DNA of 64,000 bases from Eledone cirrhosa. Taxonomy: Eukaryota. A program made the translations under genes and the position numbers. Under the pieces are notes generated by a model. It searched no databases, was not told where the DNA came from, and saw only the letters and a list, made by a program, of their open reading frames with translations. Below, piece by piece: positions 1 through 11,079 of the stretch (the stretch's first letter is position 1; every line of letters begins with the position of its first letter). Location: assembly GCA_964016885.1 (NCBI GenBank), contig OZ024741.1:298654001-298718000 (forward strand), read 5' to 3'.

Positions 1-325
1 AACTGTATACAACAAGTATATAGTAACAGTACACAAGATACGTCCAGTATTAAAATATTGTTTGTTCAGTAGCTTCTTAGCAGCGGTACGTGTAGTGTTG
101 AAATAATGTTTGTTCACATTACTTCATTGTTTACAAGTTTATATCGCTACAATCCACTATCGAAATAATGTTTCTTTAAAACGTTAGATTCACTTTGAAA
201 TAACATTTTTCTTATAAATTTTCTCAACAATGGTACACCCTGTGATGAAATAACATAATTATTGTTTTTAAATTAATATGAAATCCTGGCTCCGAAAGAG
301 CATATATACACATATATATATATAT

Positions 326-530
326 GAGTCCCGAGTTTAATCGTGAATAACCACAGTTAGTAAAATACTCAATACATTAGTGGAGTGTAAACATCATGTT
401 TAATACAGAGATGGCTTCTATAGGACTAGAATTGTTTAATTCAGGAGAAATCATCAGGAAGATGATTTCTTCTGAATGAAACAGTCATTTCCATATTAAA
501 CTGCCATTTTGAATAAAATTCACCTGCGTT
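326..530. mobile_element. Two PLE pseudo-LTR (pLTR) 3' ends joined in inverted orientation, with degenerate HHR halves
   Basis: Inverted repeat TTCAGGAGAAATCATC-aggaa-GATGATTTCTTCTGAA at about 440-476. The minus strand reads CTGATGA..(T)AAAC..GTC and ends at (TA)n 302-326. A related copy lies at 45113-45165. Confidence 0.45.
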
Positions 531-534
531 AGAA

Positions 535-795
535 AGCGACGAATTGGCAGAGTTGTTAGAGCGTTAGAGAGAATGCTTTGTTTCAGTCTGGCTCTCTGCG
601 TTCAAATCCCAGTGAAGTTAATTTTGATTTTTATCCTTTCGATGTCAATAAATGAAGTACCAGTCAGTGCTAGGGGTCCACTCTTCACCCACCTCTCTTT
701 CTGACTTCCTTTTTCTCATTCTCTTCGCTTCTCTAGAAGAAATCGGTTGTGTTCAGACATGGAGAGGTATAGTCTTCGCCATGTCTAAAGTGCCC
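535..795 (+). mobile_element. tRNA-derived SINE, family A (Deu/Nin-like core)
   Basis: TTGGCAGAGTTGTTAG A-box-like head, GTTCAAATCC B-box, ATCCTTTCGATGTCAATAAATGAAGTACCAGT core; many copies in the window. Confidence 0.75.
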
Positions 796-1199
796 ATTAC
801 TATGTCACCACAGTGTTCCTACAATACCATCAGGGAGTTACAAGTAGAACGGAGTGGACTCAGCATTAGAATTAGAAACACTCTGCTTCCCACTCTCAGT
901 AAATTTGGGTGACGGAATAAGTCTGCTACCGAAACTTAAATACCGTCACCTAGTCGTTAGATGCCATTAGCGTGACCACTGCCCTTTTTCTTACTGTTTA
1001 GCCAGGGAAGGAAGAGTAGTATTCATGGCCGTTTTCAGAGCCTCTGACTACTTTACGCTTGTATAGTTCTAAATCTAATTTGGGGCCAAACATTGCATGC
1101 GCTTAAAACACCTATACGACTCCCTCAGTAATTACGGCTCCATACATACAATACACGAGTCATTGCGTCTTCCTTATTTGCATCTTCCTTAGACTTAGA

Positions 1200-1520
1200 G
1201 CCTCCATTAAAGGTCATGGTTAGACGCTGCCCTTCATTATCTGACTAAACCGTAAAAAAAATTAAACAAAGTTGAATCGGCCACAAACATCGCGTCGGCC
1301 ATAAACCTAGGCACAACCCCCCGCAGGATTTCACCAACCGGTTCCTCTTCGTGTCGGTTGTCGTCGGGACCTCTGGTGTTCATCTCTGTCTCTGGAGTGA
1401 CATTTTCTGTCGCGAAATCTGGAAAAGTTCATCTCACCCGAGGAAAGATCCCTGTGCAGTGGAATGGCTGATGCTGTGGGTGTCACTAAATGTTCTTCAC
1501 AATGCCTTCGTCATTTGGTT
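1200..1520 (+). pseudogene. Degraded C-terminus of a restriction-like-endonuclease non-LTR retrotransposon (CRE/NeSL-like)
   Basis: VVVGTSGV...DPCAVEWLMLWVSLNVLHNA resembles the VAVETSG...GDPRE..WL.QR.SLAV.RGNA motif. Confidence 0.35.
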
Positions 1521-1879
1521 CAAGGGGCGCAGATGTGATGCACCACTCAATCAACGATATAGAATTCGCACCCTCCCTTCATCTTCCTCCCTTTTCATTA
1601 ATTAATTTTATGAGCGGGCAGCTTCATGTTAATTTCACGAGCAGATTGTTTCGTTGTTCGAATAACTGGAACCACACTTCGCGGGAACTGACGGAGGTCC
1701 AGCAAACACATATCGTAGAACAAGACATACACTTCCAGTGAGTCAGAATAGTAGCTCAGTTTCGATTCTAGATTATAGACAATTTTCATCATTAATATAA
1801 CTAACACGTTTGTTATAATTATGAAGCGTTGCAATAGCATAACAAATATATATTGCTTCCTGACACATAGCATGTCGAG

Positions 1880-2125
1880 GGCATTTTAAACCTGGCAGAG
1901 CCCATTCTTCTCTATGCCAGAACACAGCTGATATATTCCAAAGAAAGATAGAGGAAAATTCAATCCCAGTACCGGACTGTTTTTTTTTTTTTTATTTATC
2001 GACCTCGAAAAATGAAATAAAAAGTTTTACCTCGGCGGGATTTGAACTGAGAGCGTAGTGAGCCGATACAAATAATGAGGAGTTTTAAATTCGACACCTT
2101 AATGACACAACCGATTCGCAGCCTT
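1880..2125 (-). mobile_element. SINE family A
   Basis: Reverse complement of the head/core (CCTCGGCGGGATTTGAACT, TTTATCGACCTCG) and of the GGGCATTTTAAACC tail. Confidence 0.75.
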
Positions 2126-2848
2126 TCGATAATACATGTCACGAGTAATAAACGTCAACACTAATTACAAGTTTAATGAAAAAATATTAGAGGTTAACTA
2201 ACATATTTTTTGGTCGAGCAAGCAAGAGAGACAACTCCGTACGTTTTTAGATTACTAGTTTTGTCTGGGGAAGAGTAATGTTCGCCATTACTTGCTGGCA
2301 ATGTAGTTACTAGCTTATGATATAGAAATATTTGTAAGTAAGGAGAACATTCCGAACCTTGCTCTTATTGATTGTAGCATTTGTTTTCTCTAGCTATATA
2401 CGTCATATGAGATTTATTGAATATCAGAGGAAAGAGCATTGAACCTTAGAACATAGGATCAAAGAAGATTGGATCAGAGAGCCTTCAAATATCACTGACA
2501 ATAGATTCATAGAACAGTGGATAATATAATCTACTTAAAATCACAGTAACCATACAACAGCATAGTGATTATCCTCTGAATTGAAAGTTCCTAAAATTAG
2601 ACATTTCACTTAAGCGACTCAAAATCAGTCAAATCCGAGAAAGAAAAAAAATATATAAGATAGCAATAGAATTAATTTAAAAAAGAAGCGCCAAAAATAT
2701 TAAAATTCTCTAAAATTATTAATTATAATTCTTTTTGAGAGGTAAATTCTTCTTTGAACACATTGTTTCCAATATTCTGCTCATGTGTAGTTAGCTGTGG
2801 AGACGGAAACGAATGGCTGATAGGAGTTTATGCATTGCCAAAACTCTG

Positions 2849-3560
2849 TACACACATAGGCACACGTACACACAAACACACAGACGCACACACAAACACA
2901 AATATGCACACACAAGGACAAACACACACACGTGAACACACAAACTCAAGCACAGACACGTACACGCACAAACACACACAAACACGCACACAAAAACACC
3001 AGACACAAACACACATACACACATACACACGCATAGACACGTACATGCACAGATACACACACAAACACGCACACAAAAACACACATACACAAACACATAG
3101 ACACATACACACGCACAGACACGTACATGCACAAATACACGCACGCACAGACACGAACATGCACACATACTCCCACACACAGACACGTACACACGCAAAT
3201 ACGGACACCCACGTGCACACATACAGACATATCTCTCATACCGTCGCTTCACACAGAGACACACTTCATTCACACAGACAAACTTCATTCTCACACACAC
3301 GCACGAACGCACACACTCGCACGTGCACACATATAGGTACATCTCTCACAGAGACACCACACACAAGTATATACTTCACACACACAGACAAACCTCACAA
3401 GCACACACGTTCAGACACACACACCTCACACACAAACACAGGCATACTTTACACACATATAGACACACACACACACACACACACACATAAACACACACAT
3501 ACACACACATACACACACATACGCACATATAAATACACGCATAGATTAATGAATCGACAC
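2849..3560. repeat. Cryptic (CA)-rich low-complexity tract
   Basis: Degenerate CACA/CAGA/CATA repeats; explains the His/Thr and Cys/Val ORFs. Confidence 0.95.
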
Positions 3561-3622
3561 ATGCATAAAGACATGTTAATACAAACATAAAGAAATATTT
3601 GAAAAAAATACACAGACACTGA

Positions 3623-3636
3623 AAGAGAGAGAGAGA

Positions 3637-3709
<73 letters not shown>

Positions 3710-3752
3710 TGAGAGAGAGAGAGAGTGAGAGAGAGAGAGGGAGAGAGAGAGA
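3623..3752. repeat. (GA)n microsatellite
   Basis: Directly visible. Confidence 0.97.
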
Positions 3753-4685
3753 GAAAAAGCAATAGAAGGAGTAAGAGGTAAGGCGAGAGAAAAGAGTGAG
3801 GGAGAAAGTAAGATGTACTGATGTGCAAACAAATAGACATGCTTGCACTGGTGTGTACTGTGACATGCACTCACACATGCCAATTGATAGTGAAACCCAT
3901 TCATACACAGCTATCGTTTCCCAGCCTGCAACCACATGCTCATGCCATATTTGGAACTGTTATTCACCTTTTAACAAATTTACTGAGAAGCACCACTTCC
4001 CTCCCAACCCTAATCTTCCTTTCCAAGTGAAACTTGAAAACGTTAATGAGGGCCTGGCCACACAACCTCTTTCGCCACAGCCACCAGAGGAAAACTGTCT
4101 GCACATCCTGGTCAACACACTTGACGTCAGAACCGACGTAGGTCCAACATATACTTTTATTGATATCTCGATTCGAACTAGAAGCTAGTATCTATTATTT
4201 TATTCATGCTGTATGCTGCTAATCTGCATGACTATCAATCCCACAATACAGTCCTGAGGAGAGACTGTCATTTTGATGCTGCTGGCTCTGCCGCTCTTCA
4301 CCGCCTTCCCTTCTTTCTTTCTCATGTGGCTCTTCTGCTTTCGAAGCTATAAAAACTATTTAAAATTTTTACTCCATCGTCGCAACTCCTGTTCAGCTGT
4401 GTGCTTTTCATGGGCTATTAGGATAGGGTATACCTCATCCCATCACCCCGGCACTGATCACCCCTCCCTTTGCGATACAAAGTTAACATGCACTATTATA
4501 AATATAAATGGCTTTGTCACCCTTGACATTGTTCAAAGAATCTTTTCTAAAGTATTTTTCGTGGGGTGTTTCTCACACTTTTCTCTGTATAAAGAAGTCT
4601 GCTATCATCTCATAACGACACTCCTTCCACCATGTAAAGAAGGTTTCTATCTCCTTCGTAAACCACTTCCCTTCCTCCATGAAAG

Positions 4686-6685
4686 GAAGGTTGCTATCAC
4701 AATATTGACCTCGCCCGCCTTCACCATGTAATGAAGGTTGCTATCACAATAGTGACCCCGCCCCCGTTCCCCATGTAAGGAAGGTTGCTATCACAATAGT
4801 GACCTCACCTCCGTTCACCATGTAAGGAAGGTTGCTATCACAGTAGTGACCCCGCCCCCGTTCCCCATGTAAGGAAGGTTGCTATCACAATAGTGACACC
4901 ACCTCCGTTCACCATGTAAGGAAGGTTGCTATCACAATAGTGACCCCGCCCCCGTTCCCCATGTAATGAAGGTTGCTATCACAGTAGTGACCCCGCCTCC
5001 GTTCACCATGTAAGAAAGGTTGCTATCACAGTAGTAACCCCGCCTCCGTTCACCATGTAAGGAAGGTTGCTATCACAGTAGTGACCCCGCCTCCGTTCAT
5101 CATGTAAGGAACGTTGGTATCACAGTAGTGACCCCGCCCCGTTCACCATGTAATGAAGGTTGCTATCACAGTAGTGACCCCGCCTCCGTTCACCATGTAA
5201 GGAAGGTTGCTATCACAGTAGTGACCCCGCCTCCATTCACCATGTAAGGAAGGTTGCTATCACAGTAGTGACCCCGCCTCCGTTCACCATGTAATGAAGG
5301 TTGCTATCACAGTCGTGACCCCGCCTCCGTTCACCATGTAAGGAAGGTTGCTATCACAGTAGTGACCCCGCCCCCGCTCACCATGTAATGAAGGTTGCTA
5401 TCACAGTAGTGACCCCGCCTCCGTTCACCATGTAAGGAAGGTTGCTATCACAGTAGTGACCCCGCCCCCGTTCCCCATGTAATGAAGGTTGCTATCACAG
5501 TAGTGACCCAGCCTCCATTCACCATGTAAGGAACGTTGGTATCACAGTAGTGACCCTGCCCCCGTTCACCATGTAATGAAGGTTGCTATCACAGTAGTGA
5601 CCCCGCCCCCGTTCACCATGTAAGGAAGGTTGCTATCACAGTAGTGACCCCGCCTCCATTCACCATGTAAGGAAGGTTGCTATCACAGTAGTGACCCCGC
5701 CCCCGTTCACCATGTAATGAAGGTTGCTATCACAGTAGTGACCCCGCCTCCGTTCACCATGTAAGGAAGGTTGCTATCACAGTAGTGACCCCGCCCCCGT
5801 TCCCCATGTAATGAAGGTTGCTATCACAGTAGTGACCCAGCCTCCATTCACCATGTAAGGAACGTTGGTATCACAGTAGTGACCCTGCCCCCGTTCACCA
5901 TGTAATGAAGGTTGCTATCACAGTAGTGACCTCGCCTCCGTTCACCATGTAATGAAGGTTGCTATCACAGTAGTGACCCCGCCTCCATTCACCATGTAAG
6001 GAAGGTTGCTATCACAGTAGTGACCCCGCCTCCATTCACCATGTAAGGAAGGTTGCTATCACAGTAGTGACCCCGCCCCCGTTCACCATGTAATGAAGGT
6101 TGCTATCACAGTAGTGACCCCGCCTCCGTTCACCATGTAAGGAAGGTTGCTATCACAGTAGTGACCCCGCCCCCGTCCCCCATGTAATGAAGGTTGCTAT
6201 CACAGTAGTGACCCAGCCTCCATTCACCATGTAAGGAAGGTTGCTATCACAGTAGTGACTCCGCCTCCATTCACCATGTAAGGAAGGTTGCTATCACAAT
6301 AGTGACCACGCCCCCGTTCACCCTGTAAGGAAGGTTGCTATCACAATAGTGACCCCGCCCCCGTTCACGATGTAATGAAGGTTGCTATCACAGTAGTGAC
6401 CCCGCCTCCATTCACCATGTAAGGAAGGTTGCTATCACAGTAGTGACCCCGCCCCCGTTCACCATGTAATGAAGGTTGCTATCACAGTAGTGACCCCGCC
6501 TCCGTTCCCCATGTAATGAAGGTTGCTATCACAGTAGTGACCCCGCCTCCATTCACCATGTAAGGAAGGTTGCTATCACAGTAGTGATCCCGCCCCTTTT
6601 CTCCACATAAGGAAGGTTGCTACCAAAGTAGTAATCACGCCTGCTTCTACCATGTAATCAAGTCTGCTACCATCATAGTGACCCT
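4686..6685. repeat. 47-bp minisatellite, about 42 copies
   Basis: Unit GAAGGTTGCTATCACAGTAGTGACCCCGCCTCCGTTCACCATGTAAG; starts at 4686 and 4733 give the period; edges are degenerate. Confidence 0.97.
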
Positions 6686-7385
6686 GCCGCTTACTTTATA
6701 GTAATAACCCTTTCTAACATAACTCAGCAATTTTTTTTTGGGGCGGGGGAATACTGTATTTTATTGACCCCAGAATGATAAAAGGCAACATTGAACCAAG
6801 TATTATTTGAATTCATAACATAGAAGTATGTATGAATAAATATAACATGGTCAATTTATCCAGGAATTCAACCAATTTTGACTCTCTTACGCTCTATGAT
6901 TTATAGGAATAATATCGAATTTATTGACATAAAATTTCTATAGCGAATTCCGTATTGAACTAACAATATTTTATGCTGATAATTTAGATTATATAATCTT
7001 TTTTCTATTTCAAGCATCGCTTACGATTTATCGTTGCTGTTGATGTTAATGTCATTGCATTATATCTCTTACATCAATATGATTTGTGTTAAATTTTCCT
7101 TTTATCACATATTTTATAAAATATTTCACGATATTACATTGGACACATAAAATTATATGCCAGTAATAACTTTTGTCTAGTAAATATATTATGGCCTGTT
7201 AGTAGCCAACAAAAAGTTATTTGATGCTCAAAGTATAGATATATACATCTAGGAAAGTTGTTTCTGTGTATGTCCGGTGCATACTCAGATATTAGAGAAA
7301 GAATACCCACAAAATTCCATATATATATATATTCACTACATCACCGGACAAGTAATGGTAAAATTGTTTTGCTTTACAAAGCAAG

Positions 7386-7429
<44 letters not shown>

Positions 7430-7514
7430 TAATAAAAACAATGAAATAAAAACAAAGAACAAGTTCCTTATATTAAAAAATTCATCATTTTACAATCGTT
7501 TCTAGGATGTATAT

Positions 7515-9051
7515 GTGTGTTGGTATGTATATACCAAAAATATACAACAAAATATAAGTGCGTACAACGCATATGAATGTAAAAGAACTACAAATATACC
7601 ACCAACACATCAAACCAACCATAATACTAAAATAAACCGCAACAAACCACCATCTCCTTCACCTATAACAAGTCGAGTAAATTCCACACCAAATTTGACT
7701 AACTCCCCTGATATAATATTCACGAATGGTTGTAACTGTAGAATCAAAAGAAATTGCCCATTAAAGGGAAATTGTCTTATTAATAACAGTCTTTAAATGT
7801 AAAATTAGCACTAAGGACTCCACTTATTCATATATAGGAGCTACGTCTAACCAATTTAAAGTAAGATTTAATACCCACAAACATAATTTTAAAAAAGCCG
7901 CATTAGCTAATACAACATCCTTGGCTGAAACAATTAATAATTATAGAAAGAAGAATATCGATTACAACCTGACCTGGAGTGTGCTCAAAAGGGCCACCTC
8001 TTATCAAAATAACAGATACGATTGAACTTTTTGAAATCATGAAATCCTGAAATCATGAAATCATGAAATCTAAGGATATCCTATTAAATAAGCGATAGGA
8101 ATAAATTATATCTTGCAATCATAGAATTAGGAGAGCCTTCAAATATTATAAACCTAATTAATATACACCTTACACTTATATTTTACATATTATTATAATT
8201 ATTTTTTTAAATTTAGTTAACCTATAATTAGTACTTTACTACAGAGAACTTTATAATTTTATTTCCCTCTTACAGCTCTCTTTTCCTAAAATTAATACCT
8301 AAAAGTGTACCTATAAATTAATTTAATTTCCTGTTTTGAATCTAGATTCCTTGTAGTTTATATAAGATTGGTATTTCTCACTACTACCCTTATCCCAAAA
8401 TTTTACTTTCCTTCGTTTTTAACAACACTCTTTAATAACATCTAATTCTTATTTATCACATTAATATTAATTAATATAAATTTATCCCTATAAGTATACC
8501 TATCAATTAATTTAATTTTTTGTTATAGATCTAGATTCCTTGTGGTTTAAATAAGATTGGTATTTCTCACTAATACCCTTACGCTAAAATTTTATTTTCC
8601 ATCGTTTTTAACATTATTCTTTAATAACATCAAATTTTCGTGTATCCTTCACTGGCTTGACCTCTTTTCATCCCCAAGGTATTCTTTTCATTCAAAACAT
8701 AAGTCTGCACAATTGTGCAAAACATAAGTCTGCACAATTGTGCTTAACACTACAACTAATAAAATAATATAAACATTTCACTATCCAGACAGCTTCCAAA
8801 AATAATGGTTGCATTTAATAGGGTACGTCAAAATTATTTATAAAACTGTTTATATATTGTATTTTGTCTGATGAAGGCATACCATATTTTAATTTGGTAT
8901 CCCTGAAATATGTATAATGAAATAAATATGGTTTTATAAATATAGTTTCCATTTATTAATATCGTATATCTACTCCAAAAACTTGTCGAGTGCTTTATAT
9001 CAGTTATAAAATATTTACTTGTTGTATCCCAACAACTTTAAATAGAACTTT

Positions 9052-9055
<4 letters not shown>
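7515..9055 (+). mobile_element. 5'-truncated PLE (CxCx5C + GIY-YIG, probably Hydra clade) with 3' UTR/pLTR
   Basis: CNCRIKRNCPLKGNC, then after a frameshift KCKIS..YSYIGATSNQFKVRFNTH..W..LLNKR..CNHR; HHR in the UTR; (TA)n near both ends. Confidence 0.85.
8853..8929 (+). ncRNA. Type I hammerhead ribozyme in pLTR
   Basis: TATTTTGT-CTGATGA(8868)-AGGCATACCA/TGGTATCCCT-GAAA(8905)-TATGTA-TA-ATGAAATA. Confidence 0.75.
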
Positions 9056-9099
<44 letters not shown>

Positions 9100-9100
<1 letters not shown>

Positions 9101-9255
9101 CTTTTTTTAGTTATTGCTCGCACCAACCTGAGGTATATGATTTTTAATGCGATGAAATATCAATGATGATTGGCAAATCACTGGCGAAGGACTAATTTTA
9201 TCATATGTAACCCATGTGCAACCACGCAGTATTCTTCTTTCTTCTCATGTTTTTT
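9100..9255 (+). mobile_element. Diverged fragment of the 30.4-31.3 kb repeat family, between TA tracts
   Basis: Matches the reverse complement of 30422-30570 (GAGGTATATGATTTTTAATGC..GAAATATC..GGCAAATCAC..CCATGTGCAACC). Confidence 0.7.
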
Positions 9256-9346
9256 ATATATATGTATATATATATCTATATATATATCTATATAGATATA
9301 TATATTCAAATTAAAAAGAAAATTTCGCTCTACATGGCTCAATACA

Positions 9347-9780
9347 ATAAATGTAATCTGAGTTATTCGAATATTAATAATTGTTTCTACGTTAGGCACA
9401 AGGCCAGCAATAACCCAATGCATTACTGGTACTTTATTTTATCGACCCCGTAAGGATGAAAGGCAAAGTTAACCTCGGCGAGATTTGATCTCAGAATGGC
9501 AAGGGCCGTAACTCTATGTGTCAAAGCATGGTGTCCGACCCTCTACCGATAATGCCAATAACATTCGATTCGTTTGCAATTTTTCAAACAAGCCTCAATT
9601 TTATAGCCATGTCAGGAGAATGAACACTTCATTCTTGCTGTTATGTTGGCATGCCAACAGAACTGCAAGAATGAAGTGTTCCTTCTCCTGACAAGGCTAT
9701 AAAATTGAGGCTTGTTTGCAAAATTGCAAACGAATCGAATGTTATTATTAATATTCGAAAAACTCAGATTACATTTATTA
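9347..9780. repeat. Large imperfect palindrome centred at 9651/9652, with its left arm interrupted by a SINE
   Basis: 9557-9651 pairs with 9652-9746, and 9347-9380 pairs with 9744-9780. Confidence 0.9.
9381..9556 (-). mobile_element. SINE family A, subfamily B (tail GGCCTTGTGCCTAAAGTAGAAACAATTATT)
   Basis: Reverse complement of the core GCCTTTCATCCTTACGGGGTCGATAAAATAAAGTACCAGT. Confidence 0.85.
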
Positions 9781-9808
9781 TATATATTCAAATGTACATA
9801 TTTTGTTT

Positions 9809-9846
<38 letters not shown>

Positions 9847-9851
<5 letters not shown>

Positions 9852-9956
9852 AAAAGAGTCAGGACCCCGACGGCTGAACTCCGGCCGTTTCGACAGCTAG
9901 TTCTGAGCTGTCGAAACGGCCGGACTCAGCCGTCGAGGTCCTGACTATTTTCCTAT
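9847..9956. repeat. GC-rich inverted repeat (about 52-bp arms), probably two inverted pLTR ends
   Basis: ATAGGAAAA..CGACAGCT-agttctg-AGCTGTCG..TTTTCCTAT; each arm carries GAAA-CGGC..GCCG-TC, the 3' half of an HHR. Confidence 0.7.
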
Positions 9957-10032
9957 TACCCACTCTACTACCCATAGTATCGAGTACTCTGGTGCGTTAC
10001 GGTCCACCTGGTTCCTTACTACACTTCCTTCA

Positions 10033-10126
10033 TTAGGTTGACTTTGCCTTTCATCCTTACGGGGTCGATAAAATAAAGTACCAGTAATGCACTGGTAATT
10101 GCTGGCCTTGTGCCTAAAGTAGAAAC

Positions 10127-10132
<6 letters not shown>
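10033..10132 (+). mobile_element. 5'-truncated SINE subfamily B
   Basis: Core and tail intact. Confidence 0.8.
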
Positions 10133-10163
<31 letters not shown>

Positions 10164-11079
10164 TATATATATTCAACTGTACATATTTTGTTTCCATTTA
10201 GAAAACAGCCGAACTTTTGTGGAGAAAGATAGAAACAGGATGGGAGAGGGAAAGACAGAAGAGGGAGAAAGTGAAAAAAGAGAGAAAGTAAAAAAGAGAG
10301 ATAGGATGGGACAGAGAGAATAAAAGAAAGGACGAGAGCAAAGGAAAGAGCGAGAGAGAGAGAGAGAGGGAGAGAGGGAGAGAGAGAGAGAGGGAGAGAG
10401 AGAGAGTGAGAGATGATAACATATATGAGAGAAAGAGGGAGAAATGAAACAATGTGAAAGATAAATCTTAGAGAAGGGGAAATCGTAAGAATGTGTAATA
10501 AAAATATGTTGGCTTTTTTGAAAAAGTCGCCAGAAAGCAAATAACTATAAATAATAGTTCAATATATCGGAGATGGAAAAAGTGAACAGAAATGCCTGCG
10601 GGAGTTGATCCCCCTATTTGCTGTATTATTATTAGTAGTAAATGAAAAGCAAATTCTGTACTTATTTCCTTTTCATATTTCAGTGTGACTACGTAGAACG
10701 TGAAACACATATTCACCAGGTCCGAACACAAAGGAACCAAACTCCCACTGTGATTGCCTCAGTTTCTCGTGCTTTTCCAATCTCTCACTATTATGAGAAA
10801 AAGAGGAAATATATAGAGAAGGAATGAGACACAGGCCGATAGATAAATTTCTTTATTAGCCACAAGGGCACAAAAGAAGGGGACAAATACAAATGGGGAG
10901 TTTACATACAGGTATATGAAAATAAAACTATTAATCAATAACACATAACAATTGAAATCCCCAATAGGGGGGAGGTGTTACACAGGGGTTGTACACACCC
11001 CGGAAAAATGTACAACCCTCATCTCCAGGAGCACCAAGAGTGAGTACTCCCTTCCTCACTTCCTCTTTTTCCTCAACCT

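Noticed and set aside
2754-3935. Long His/Thr, Cys/Val and Leu/Ser ORFs (and YIYI-type ORFs throughout)
   Set aside because: Translations of dinucleotide microsatellites
3940-4600. Very old CR1/L2-like LINE 3' end
   Set aside because: Only faint peptide similarity; not supportable by eye
4686-6685. CRISPR-like array
   Set aside because: Contiguous repeats without unique spacers, no cas genes, animal context
8868-8908. SECIS element (AUGA..helix..GA) supporting the TGA codons
   Set aside because: No AA at the expected spacing after AUGA; the motif is fully explained as a hammerhead core
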